A stretch of DNA of 64,000 bases. Origin: Malacoraja senta. Taxonomy: Eukaryota. Of this stretch, positions 52,609 through 64,000 are shown in pieces. Position 1 is the stretch's first letter. Every line of letters begins with the position of its first letter. Where the stretch lies: contig JAXLNO010006158.1 in NCBI GenBank assembly GCA_038087875.1, positions 1 to 64,000 of the forward strand, in the 5' to 3' direction. The notes under the pieces were generated by a model, which was not told the DNA's origin, did not search any database, and was given only the letters and a program-made list of their open reading frames with translations. A program made the translations under genes and the position numbers.

Positions 52609-52627
52609 TGACCACAAGAGGGCACCA
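52609..52627 (+). promoter_or_regulatory. CTCF-like core motif
   Basis: TGACCACAAGAGGGCACCA in non-repeat sequence closely matches CCASYAGRKGGCRS. Confidence 0.5.
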
Positions 52628-53929
52628 GATGCTACAGGGGAAGTGACAACATTGTTATGCACCTCCAGAACAAAGGAGATATTTTACAAAAAGTTTTGCT
52701 TCCTGTCAGTTACGCATCAATTATCGACATTGTTTAATCCCACTGCAGCATTCACATAATATTTATTAACCACCCTTTTGCAAGCTATAGCTTACACTGA
52801 AGATAGACACAAAAAGCTGGAGTAACTCACCGGGTCAGATAGCATCTCTGGAGAAAAGGTGACATTTCGGGTTGAGACCCTTCTTCAGGAAAGGGAAAGA
52901 GAAACGGGAGATATAGACGGTGATGTAGAGAGCTATAGATCAAATCAATGAAAGATTTGCACAAAAGTAATGATGATAAAGAAAACAGGCCATTGTTAGC
53001 TGTTTGTTAGGTGAGAAGGGCCTTTGAAGCTGGTACGACTTGGGTGGGGGAGGGATGGAGGGAGAGGGAATGCAGGGATTATGAAGTCAGAGAACTCAAT
53101 ATTCATACCACTGGTTGTAAGCTGCCCAAGTGAAATATGAGATGCTGTTCCTCTAATTTGCGTTTGGCCTCACTCTGACAGTACACACTGCTGTGCCAGG
53201 ACTAAACTGTACTCATCAGTACCATCTCCCAGTACTACACAGTGGCTGATGACCTGTAAAGCACCAACATGCCTTCCTAACTCAGGCCCCTACGAAGCTT
53301 TTCAAAAAGGGGGGTGGAATGACAGGATCACAAAAAGATTGTAATGTGGAATAATGTGCGCGCTGTGCACATCACGAGCGTGAAGCGTGAAGTCCCTCGA
53401 TGCCAGGGTCCAGGGCCCGCTTAAGGGCCCTGGAAGCTCAGGGGTTTTAGATGCTCTCTGATGCATTCTGAGCCTTATTTTGGAGCATTTTCGCATCAAA
53501 TTCATGACCAATATTTCAGAAATCAACAGGAATCTGAGAGATAGCTTTTTCACACAAAGGGTGGTGGGTGTACGGAACAAGCTGCCAGAGGAGGTAGTTA
53601 AGGCTGGGACTATCCTAATGTTTAAGAGACATTTGGACACGTACATGGATAGGACAGGTTTACATGGATATGGGCCAAACGCATGTGAGTGGGACTAGTG
53701 TAGATGGGACATGTTGGTTGGTGTGGGCAAGTTGGGCTGAAGGGCCTGTTTCCACACTGCATCATTCTATGACTAAAAACTTAAGAAGAACAATGCATGT
53801 AGATAAGTAGAGCAGATTTGAAAGAGGAGTGAAATGTAAAGGCAGAGAGAGGTTTATGGGTGGAAAGGAGCATAGGAAAGGAGGGGGGAGAGTGGGCTTG
53901 GGCAAATGGGTGAAGGGAAAATAGACACA

Positions 53930-54115
53930 AAGTGCTGTAGTAACTCAGCGGGTCAGGCAGCAACTGTGGAGAACATGGATAGGTGACGTTTCACAGAATG
54001 CTGGAGTAACTCAGCGGGTCAGGCAGCATCTGTGGAGAACATGGATAGGTGACATTTCACAGAGTGCTGGAGTAACTCACTGGGTCAGGCAGCATCTCTG
54101 GAGAAAAGGTATAGA
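53930..54115 (-). repeat. Three tandem 66-bp units of the Penelope terminal repeat
   Basis: TAACTCA at 53941, 54007 and 54073. Confidence 0.85.
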
Positions 54116-55464
54116 TTATATTTTGGGTCAAGACCCTTCTTCAGTAATATTCATGATGTGACATGCATAGACATTCCTGAATGTTACCCAAACAATCGTG
54201 AGCTACTTTGTTACGGAGCTTGCCCTCTCCTATAACGTCTCTGCTGCCTGGGTGATGCAGGACAGGAAACAAGCTTTGGGACACAGTGTGAAGCTGTTGC
54301 CGTCTGTCCCAGCCTGGTAAATACCTGGATGGAGTGGATGTGGAGAGGATGTTTCCACTAGTGGGAGAGTCTAGGACCAGTGGCCACAGCCTCAGAATTA
54401 AAATACATTCCTTTAGGAAGGAGATGAGCAGGAATTTCTTAAGTCAGAAGGTGGTGAACTGTGGAATTCATTGCCCCAGACAGCTGTGGAGGCCAATGGA
54501 CATTTTTCAGGAGGAGATTGATAGATTCTTGATTGATACAGGTGTCAGAGGTAATGGGGAGAAGGCAGGAGAATGGGTTTGGGAGGGAAAGATAGATAGA
54601 GTCATAGAGAGATACAGTGTGGAAACAGGCCCTTCGGCCCAGCATGTCCCATCTACACTAGTCCCTCCTGTCCACATTTGATCCATATCCCTCCGAACCT
54701 GTCCTATCGATATACCTGTCTAAGTATTTCTTAAATTTTGCGATAGTCCCTGCCTGTACCTCCTCTGGCAGCTTGTTCCATACACCTACCACCATTTGTG
54801 TGAAAAATATACCCGTCAGATTCCTATTAAATCTTTTGCCCTTCACCTTGAACTTATGTCCTCTGCTCCTCGATTCACCTACTCTGCGCAAAAGACTCAA
54901 CCATATCTATTCAAATCATGATTTTATACACCTCTATTAGATCATCCCTCATCCTCCTGTGCTCCATGAAATAGAGTCCCAGCCTACTCAACCTCTCCCT
55001 ACAGCTCTGGCCCTCTAGTCCTGAGGCAACATCCTTGTAAATCTTCACTGTACCCTTTCCAGTTTGATGACATCTTTCCTATTACATGGTGCCCAGAACT
55101 GAATACAATACTCTGAATGCGGCCTCATCAACTACTTCTACAATTGCAACATGACCTCCCATCTTCTGTACTCAGCATGACCTCCCAATATTACTCCAGC
55201 ACTCAGTTACTCCAGCACTCTGTGAAACGTCACAGAACAGGGCAAGATTAGCAAGTTTGCTGATGATACAGAAGTGAGTGGATTTGCAAATAGTGAAGAT
55301 GGTTGTGAAAGATTGCAGCAGGATCTCGATCAATTAGCCAGGTGGGCAGAGGAATGGTTGATGGTTGCATGGTTCCTTGAAGGTTGAGTCGCTGGTATAT
55401 CAGGTGGTCAAAAAGTATTTTGGCACTTTGTCCTTCATCAGTCAGAGTATTGAGTAAAGAAGCT

Positions 55465-56276
55465 TAAAGATGTTAATGGAAAAAGAGTAGCAAAGTCAAA
55501 AGTGGGTCCCTTGAAGGCAGACACGGGTGAAATTATTATGGGCTACAAGGAAATGGCAGAAGAGTTGAATAGGTACTTCGGATCTGTCTTCACTAAGGAA
55601 GACACAAACAATCTCCCAGATGTACTGGAGGACAGAGGATCTAAGGGGGTAGAGGAACTGAAAGAAATTTTCATTAGGCGAGAAATAGTATTGGGTAGGC
55701 TAATGGGACTGAAGGATGATAAATCCCCTGGACCTGATGGTCTGCATCCCAGGGTCCTCGGGGATGTGGCTCTAGAAATAGTGGACGCATTGGTGATCAT
55801 TTTCCAATGTTGAATAGATTCAGGAACAGTTCCTGTGGATTGGAGGATAGCTAATGTTATCCCACTTTTCAAGAAAGGAGCGAGAGAGAAAACGGGGAAT
55901 TACAGACCAGTTAGCCTGACTTCGGTGGTGGGAAAGATGCTGGAGTCAATTATTAAAGAGGTAATAATGGGGCATTAGGATAGCAGTAAAAGGATTAGTC
56001 CAAGTCAACATGGATTTATGAAAGGGAAATCTTGCTTGACTAATCTTCTGGAATTTTTTGAGGATGAAGGGGTGCCAGTGGATGTAGTGTACCTGGACTT
56101 TCAGAAAGCATTTGATAAGGTCCCGCACGGGACACTGGTGACAAAAATTAGAGCACATGCTATCGGGGGTAGGGTGTTGACATGGATAGAAAATTGGTTG
56201 GCAGACCGGAAGCAAAGAGTAGGAGTGAACGGGTCCTTTTCAGAATGGCAGGAAGTGGCGAGTGCAGTGCCGCAAG
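55465..56276 (+). mobile_element. CR1 LINE, 5' part (split by hAT)
   Basis: KSPGPDGLHPRVL, NYRPVSLTS and DFQKAFDKVPH motifs. Confidence 0.92.
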
Positions 56277-59200
56277 CTGTGGCGGACTGGGACTAAAAAT
56301 ATTGGTTGCCAGGAGACAAAGGGGGCCCACCCACAACTACAATGCTATCATTTAATTTTCATAACGAATAAATACAATTTTCAAAAAATACATATGGAAA
56401 AAAGGGTACAATTTAAAATTTTTGTGAAAAAAATGGTTCTTAGTAATTACAGTGTACATGTACTGTACATATTACTGGCAGTAGATACCGAATGTAAATA
56501 CACAATGTTATAATTGTGTTTTTTTTTAAATTTTAAGTAATCGGTTGATATTTTTAAATAGTTTACTGCACAATTTACACATTAACAGATAGTTCAAAAG
56601 CACAATAGAGCATTGCATGCAGTCCACTATATTAAGAGCAATCGTTTGTATTCGCTAGATGATTGTGCGAATCTGCCAATAATTGCTTCTGCATCCAATT
56701 CATCTAACAATTCCTTTTCAATGGTTAGTAACATGTATGATTCCAAATTCTCCTCAGACAGCGAATTTCTTAACCTTGTCTTTATGATCTTTAGCTTTGA
56801 AAATGTCCTCTCACATTGGACTTGAGTAACTGATAGTGTGCAGATGACTTTATAAAGTTGATAAAGGTTATCATATGCCTTGTCATGAAATCTGTTGGAT
56901 GCCAGAATTTATAGTACACACGATGGGCAAGTGCTGCAAATTGTACAATTGTTGCAACTGGAATCCATATTCTCACCATCATTAACCAACTTTAATACAT
57001 CAAAGTTTGAAGCAAAAGAAAACAATTCCAATATTACTTGATCTTTGCCGATTTGTGGAAACAGCTTAATAATACCTTCCAATGCTTCATCTTCAAGGCC
57101 CTTCTCTGCAATAGTTTTAAACTTTGCTGGGTCCAAGCAGGACAAATCTTTATACAACTGTTTGTGTTGTATAAAGCGTGATTCTAGTGACTGGACAATG
57201 CGATCCATTATTGGGTTAAACATATTTACTGGAAAATCAGCTAGAGAATCTGAGGAATTTCTTTCATCATCAATAAGCTCATCTGCCATTCTTTTCTTCT
57301 TCCTCTGCCTCTTAACTGGCAATGCTGTTTCCAACGCATCAATTTCCAATGTTTGATTTTCATCCATATTCATCTGTGAAATCCTGTCATTACATTTATT
57401 TACAAATTCCAAAGCCTTGCTGTGAACGTTATTAAATGTTCTTGTCTGTTCTTTCAACTTTGTTTTAGCTGAATCTACCAAACTCCATGCAGTAAACATA
57501 TCTAAACCACTTGTCTAGATAACTTGATAACGGGGTTGTAGTTTCAAATATATACAAGTAAATAAATGCTGTCAATATGGTTTCAAACTTTAGAAGACTT
57601 TGAAGTAAAACAGTTGCTTCATGTTTTGTTTTTGCATCAAACTTTTCTGAATCTTGTATCATTGATAATCATGTAAATAGATTTACAAAAGTACTGGCTG
57701 CGGCATCATCAAAACGTCCAAATATAGTTGTTTCTGAATTGGATTTTCCTGACCATCTGGTCTCACCAATTAGCTTTAATCGTTTCATTTTTTCTTGTCC
57801 TAGATGTTTTCCAACAACTTCTATCCATACAGCCATTCTCTTGTATGATGCTTTCACAAAAGTTGGTCTATTCTGGAGCAAATTGAAAAAAGAAACTGCA
57901 GGCTCACAACATTTAGTTGTTTCAGTTATCACCAAATTCAAGACATGGGCATAGCACCATTTCACTTGCACTTTATGTGCAATGTGACGAATAAAACCGT
58001 ATTGTATTGTATTGTATATGAACATGTTGATCAGCCACATCAGCAATTTTACTTTGTAAACCATTATACTGGCCATAGTAGCTTGCAGTGCCATCTGTGC
58101 TATCAGATAAACATTTTTGGGGGTCAATTTTAAGATGCTGTAATGTTTCAATCAATAGATCAAAAAGTCCCTGTCCTGTACCATCATTACTTGGCACAAC
58201 TGAAAGTAGTCGCTCACAGATAATACCTTTAAGCACATACCCAATAATAATTGTGGACGTTTTATACATTTAGCATCAATGAGACCTGCTGCTGCATCGC
58301 TGATGACTCATATTTTATATCCGGTTTATATTTGTTAACCTTGAGAGATATGCAAGCACTACTAGTTTCATCCGTAAGGCTACTACTATTACATTACTTA
58401 ATGTTCATCACTGAGAACAATGATTCACAAGAATATGTATATGAAAAATCCTGAATATTGATAATACCTCTCAGATAGCTTTAACAATAACTTATGTTTA
58501 AGCACATATGCTGAAGAACAGGCTTCATTAACTTTTCATATAATATTTTCAATGCAGTCACTGATAACCAGATAATTACTACGGATAACTGTAGCCTACC
58601 CTGGTGTAACAATTATGTTTTTCTAATATCTAAATTTGAACTCTCATGTAGCTGAATTTGGATATTGTTTATCGATAAAAAAAATTTACAAAACTTGAAA
58701 AACTATATAAAAAGAATGGTAAAGGAGCCACGCCACGTCTGGCCGCCTGGTGAATGATGCAACAAGAAGTTATATGCAACAATGATCTTTTATACATATA
58801 CAAAAACTCAAAATTAAAACAATCTCTTCAATAAGAGGGGAGGGGGGGGCAGGCTGAGGCTTTTCAAGTGTGTGTGACAAAAATACGGACAAATCTTTGA
58901 TACAAAATTTTCTCACTTGCCAACCGAAATTTTTTGGGAGTATATTATTATTTGGTGTCATTTAAGTATTGGGAGAACCTTTTCAAAGAATTAAAAATCA
59001 CACTGGAGCGGTAAAATCGGAGAATATTGTAAGTAATTATTATATGATAAGTCCTGTGAGATTGAATGAATGTAAATTTTTGTGACTAATTTTAACTCAA
59101 AAGTAGTTCATCCCTGTTGATACCGTGGATATTTTTTAAAATTAAACTTTTAGTGTAATCCTAGCTGCCAGATACATCTTATTCATTTTTATTACTAAAA

Positions 59201-59316
59201 CAGTTGTCTGTGTTTGTTTGTTTATTGCATTTGTATTTGATATAGGGGGGGGGGGGCACTTCATCAGGGGCCCACTTGCCATCGGGCAAGCTGACACCCT
59301 GGCCAGTCCGCCACTG
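56277..59316 (-). mobile_element. hAT DNA transposon (3040 bp), defective transposase at about 56627-58250
   Basis: 14-bp TIR C(A/T)GTGGCGGACTGG, 8-bp TSD GCCGCAAG. Transposase motifs STDG, WCYAHVLNL, ETRWS and CERTFSKLKIIKTRLRNSL; frameshifted; N-terminal part not found. Confidence 0.93.
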
Positions 59317-60060
59317 GCCGCAAGGCTCGGTGTTGGGGCCGCAATTGTTTACCATATATATTAATGATTTGGAAGAGGGAATTAGGAGCAATACTAGCAA
59401 GTTTGCGGATGACACATAGCTGGGTGGCAGTGTGAACTGCGAAGAGGATGTTAGGAGGTTGCAGGTTGACCTGGACAGGTTGAGTGAGTGGGCAGATGCG
59501 TGGCAGATGCAGTATAATATAGATAAATGTGAGGTTATCCACTTTGGCAGCAAAAACAAGGGGGCAGATTATTATCTCAAAGGGGTTAGGTTAGGTAAGG
59601 GGGAGGTGCAGCGAGACCTGGGCGTCCTTGTACACCGGTCACTGAAAGTTGGCTTACAGGTACAGCAGGCAGTGAAGAAAACTAATGGAATGTTGGCCTT
59701 CATAACAAGAGGATTTCAGTATAGGAGTAGAGAGGTTCTTCTGCAGTTGTATAGGGCTCTGGTGAGACCACATCTGGAGTATTGTGTACAGTTTTGGTCT
59801 CCTAATTTGAGGAAGGACATCCTTGTGATTGAGGCAGTGCAGCGTAGGTTCAAGAGATTGATCCCTGGGATGGTGGGATTGTCATATGAGGAAAGATTGA
59901 AAAGACTAGGCTTGTATTCACTAGAGTTTAGAATGATGAGGGGGAATCTTATAGAAACATATAAAATTATAAAAAGACTGGACAAGCAAGATGCAGGAAA
60001 AATATTCCCAATGTTGGGCGAGTCCAGAACCAGGGGCCACAGTCTTAGAATAAAGGGAAG
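59317..60060 (+). mobile_element. CR1 LINE, 3' part (split by hAT)
   Basis: [16 protein letters not shown] and RPHLEYCVQFWSP motifs, contiguous with 55465-56276. Confidence 0.92.
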
Positions 60061-60742
60061 GTGACTGCCGGCATCATATCAGTGTCATCACACCACAAAT
60101 GTTTTGGTGTTGATGTTGTCGGCCACAGTATCTGCAGATGCATCAAGATGCCCCTGGGGTGTGGCACGGCAGCAGGTTTGCCTGTGGCTGAGCTGTGAGC
60201 AGTATAATGCTGATGCTGTGTGTTTCCAGACAGGAGTGGAGTAGCAGTAGACCTGGGGAGGGGGGCTTCGTCGGTTGCTGCGTGAAACAGGTCAACGTCA
60301 TTTTTAGTTTAGAGGTACAGTGTGGAAACACGCCCTTCGGCCCACCGAGTCCGTGCAGACCAATGATCACCCTTACACCGGTAGTCAGGATTGAACCCGG
60401 GTCTCTGGCGCTGTAAGGCCGTAGCTCTACTCTGCACCACCGTGCCACCTCTGCTCCTGCACCCTGGTGACTTGCTTTGTCCTGTATAGGAAAGATTTTG
60501 TCTGGGCCACAGCCAGACATTAAAACAATATTTTTCCACAAGCAGTAGCTCGACTCAACAGCCAAAAATCTGTAGCCTCTTTTTACTCTGGTACTTTATT
60601 TCCACATGTTTAAATTATAATGTTTTATTTTTAATTGTCTACTGTATATCATGTTTTTATCCTTGCAAGCAAAGCATCAAGGCAAGTTTTTGTATGTATG
60701 CATACTTGGCTAATAAAATTATATTGATTATTATTATTATAG

Positions 60743-60898
60743 GTTGACAGATGAACAGAAGCAGCTACTGACTGCACTGGTGCTGCTGGAGGAGCAGCTC
60801 AGCCAGACACGGCTAGAGCTGCAGGCTGTACGTGCAGCGCAGAAGGACATGGACTCCAGCATGCAAGCTCTGGAAAACTGAATTAAAAGATGACTGGT
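60743..60898 (+). pseudogene. Orphan coiled-coil exon with two in-frame TGA codons
   Basis: tag| acceptor, |gtaagt donor, 156 bp. Frame reads LTDEQKQLLTALVLLEEQLSQTRLELQAVRAAQKDMDSSMQALEN*IKR*L. Confidence 0.5.
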
Positions 60899-62443
60899 GT
60901 AAGTTTTCCCAAATAGTTTTTTATTTAACTGTAAAATGCCAAAACTTAGCAAAACTTGCCTTGATCAAAGAGATTGAGGTGAAGAGGAAAGTGTGGAAAG
61001 TATCTTGCCCTCTTCCCTCCCCTTCTTTAACACTCAATTCCCACTCTCTCCCTCCCTCTCTACTGTGTTCTTCCCTTTCTCTCACTGTCTCTCCTTTTCC
61101 CCCTCTGCTCCTTTCCCTGTGTTCATGACGTGGTCTCCTCTACATTGGAGAAACCAAACAGGCGTTGGGTTTCCACTTTGTGGAGCACCTGTGTTCGATC
61201 CATGGGGCACTCCTGAGCTTCCTGTTATCTCATTCTGACTCTTGGATGTGGGAGTGACCGACCAGTCTGTGACTTCCTGCACTGTTGCAATGAGGCTCAA
61301 AGCAATCTTGAGGAATGGCATCTCACCTTCCATTTGGGCTCATGGCAGTCCTCTGGGCTTGAACGGAATTTGATAATCTTGGGTAACTTGATTGCTCTGT
61401 TAGTATCAGTTGTCCATTTGTGATAATTGGGTTGGCTTGTTTTTTTAAATCTCTATCCAAAAGTGGAGGGCATGTCCATGCTGACCTGCCAGACATGTCT
61501 TGTCTGAAAAGCGTCTCCACCAGAAACATCATCCATTCCTTCTCTCCAGAGATGCAGCCTGTCCCTTTGTCTATCTTCGGTTTAAACCAGCATCTGCCGT
61601 TCCTTCCTAGACATGTCTTCTTGCTCTGCATTTTGCAACTGCTACGATCTTTGTCTATTTGTCTTTTCACCTAACCGCTCCTATTCACTCCTTGACCAGA
61701 TAACTTTCCATGCAGCTTATCCCCATGGTCACCTGGTTTTACACTATCAGAGTCATCCACCCACCCGTGCAGCTTTACAAGTTTCTTTTGTCACCTCCCC
61801 AGTTCTGACGAAGGGTCTTTGACTTGAAACATGAATTCTGTTTCTCTGGCTACAGATGCAGCCTGACCCGAGTGCTCCCAGCATTTTGTTTTTCAGATTT
61901 ATTCCATCTGCAGATTTCACGCATTTATTCTAACTTTTTTTTCTATATGACTGCCACCTTTCAGTCCATGTTAGCAGACTTCCTCCAATATCTTGGGCTC
62001 TTCATTTTTTTGCAGCAGCCTCATATGTGGCAAATGCCTTTTGGAGATCTAAATACACATTACATTTGCAGGAGATCGACACAAAAAGCTGGAGTAATTC
62101 AGCGGGTCAGACAGCATCTCTGGAGAAAACAAATAGAAAAGTCCTTTTCTCCAGAGATGCTATCTGAGCCGCAAAGTTACTCCAGCTTATTGTGTCTATC
62201 TTTGGTTTAAACCAGCATTTGCAGTTCCTTCCTCCTACATTTACAGGTTTCCCTTATCAACTCCCTATCACATCCTGTCAAGTTTTGTCACACATGATTT
62301 TCATTAAACCATGTCGGCTACGTTTGATTAGATGCAGTTTACCAAATGATTAGTTATTTCCTCTTGTGAACTATGAGTGCTGGGTGAATTAGAATCACAG
62401 AGTGATACAATGTGGAAACAGACGCTTCGGCCCAACTCGCCCA

Positions 62444-64000
62444 CAAAAGGTGGTTTGCTTTGTAAATGCAAAAGGTTTGCTTTGAAAATGCAAAAGGTGG
62501 TTTGCTTTTAAAAATGTAAAATGTGGTTTGCTTTGAAAATGCAAAAGGTGGTTTGCTTTGAAAATGCGACAGGTGGTTTGTTTTGAAAATGCAACAGGTG
62601 GTTTGATTTGAAAATGCAAATGATGGTTTGCGTTGAAAATGCAAAATGTGGTTTGTTTTGAAAATGCAAAAGTTGTTTGCTATGAAAATGCAAAAATGTG
62701 GTTTGCCATGAATTTGCAAAAGGTGGTTTGCTATGAAAATACAAAAGGTTTGCTTTGAAAATGCAAATGGTGGTTTTCTTTGAAAATGCAAATGGTGGTT
62801 TGGTTTGAAAAGGCAATGGTGGTTTGGTTCGAAATTGCAAATGGTGGTTTGGTTTGAATATGCAAATGGTGGTTTGGTATGAAAATGCAAATGGTGGTTT
62901 GGTTTGAAAATGCAAAAGGTGGTTTGGTTTGAAAATGCAAAAGGTGGTTTGCTTTGAAAATGAAAAAGGTGGTATGCTTTGAAATTGCAAAAGCTGGTTT
63001 GCTTTGAAATGCAAAGGTGGTTTGGTTTGAAAATACAAATGGTGTTTTGCTTTGAAAATGCAAAAGGTGGTTTGCTTTGAAAATGCAAAAGGTGGTTTGC
63101 TTTGAAAAAGCAAAAGGTGGTTTTCTTTGAAAATGCAACAGGTGGTTTGTTTTGAAAATGCAACAGGTGGTTTGATTTGAAAATGCAAATGATGGTTTGC
63201 TTTGAAAATGCAAAAGTGGTTTGCTATGAAAATGCAAAAATGTGGTTTGCCATGAATTTGCAAAAGGTGGTTTGCTATGAAAATACAAAAGGTTTGCTTT
63301 GAAAATGCAAATGGTGGTTTGTTTTGAAAATGCAACAGGTGGTTTGATTTGAAAATGCAAATGATGGTTTGCGTTGAAAATGCAAAATGTGGTTTGTTTT
63401 GAAAATGCAAACGTTGTTTGCTATGAAAATGCAAAAATGTGGTTTGCCATGAATTTGCAAAAGGTGGTTTGCTATGAAAATACAAAAGGTTTGCTTTGAA
63501 AATGCAAATGGTGGTTTTCTTTGAAAATGCAAATGGTGGTTTGGTTTGAAAAGGCAATGGTGGTTTGGTTCGAAATTGCAAATGGTGGTTTGGTTTGAAT
63601 ATGCAAATGGTGGTTTGGTATGAAAATGCAAATGGTGGTTTGGTTTGAAAATGCAAAAGGTGGTTTGGTTTGAAAATGCAAAAGGTGGTTTGCTTTGAAA
63701 ATGAAAAAGGTGGTATGCTTTGAAATTGCAAAAGCTGGTTTGCTTTGAAATGCAAAGGTGGTTTGGTTTGAAAATACAAATGGTGTTTTGCTTTGAAAAT
63801 GCAAAAGGTGGTTTGCTTTGAAAATGCAAAAGGTGGTTTGCTTTGAAAAAGCAAAAGGTGGTTTTCTTTGAAAATGCAACAGGTGGTTTGTTTTGAAAAT
63901 GCAACAGGTGGTTTGATTTGAAAATGCAAATGATGGTTTGCTTTGAAAATGCAAAAGTGGTTTGCTATGAAAATGCAAAAATGTGGTTTGCCATGAATTT
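62444..64000. repeat. Satellite, 25-bp monomer TTTGAAAATGCAAAAGGTGGTTTGC, with a 741-bp higher-order repeat
   Basis: Diagnostic variants recur at 62811/63552, 62708/63449 and 63252/63993. The array continues past the window end. Confidence 0.95.

Noticed and set aside
53300-53520. Possible DNA-transposon subterminal fragment
   Set aside because: No matching TIR pair or TSD could be identified, so it is not annotated.
53930-54115. CRISPR-like array
   Set aside because: Units are head-to-tail with no unique spacers, in a vertebrate retroelement context.
62354-63978. Long minus-strand ORFs (up to 473 aa, F/K/H/Q-rich)
   Set aside because: They are translations of the 25-bp satellite, whose minus strand lacks stop codons; they are open in several frames.

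Overview
Vertebrate genomic DNA dominated by transposable elements. The repeat set (HE1-type V-SINEs, CR1/HER1, Rex1/Babar-type and L1 LINEs, Penelope-like elements) indicates an elasmobranch, probably a skate or ray (inference). The main gene is a complete, spliceable, five-exon MHC class I-like gene on the minus strand (49241 to 38286, 360 aa by my exon joining). It has lost most of the conserved peptide-anchoring residues, so it is nonclassical, and its stop codon is supplied by a CR1 LINE. A second signal-peptide exon of the same length lies at 18649-18700 (-), with no downstream exons found in the window. Both leaders are preceded by an X2-like TGAC and a Y-like ATTG(G/C) box exactly 22 bp apart. 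Other notable structure: many Penelope-derived short repeats whose consensus is a minimal hammerhead ribozyme; a hAT transposon with intact TIRs and TSD inserted in a CR1 RT motif; a non-autonomous Helitron; a divergent pair of CTCF-like motifs; an orphan coiled-coil exon with nonsense codons; and a 25-bp satellite with a 741-bp higher-order repeat running off the right end. All coordinates and alignments were made by eye and no database was searched. Boundaries of old repeats are approximate.
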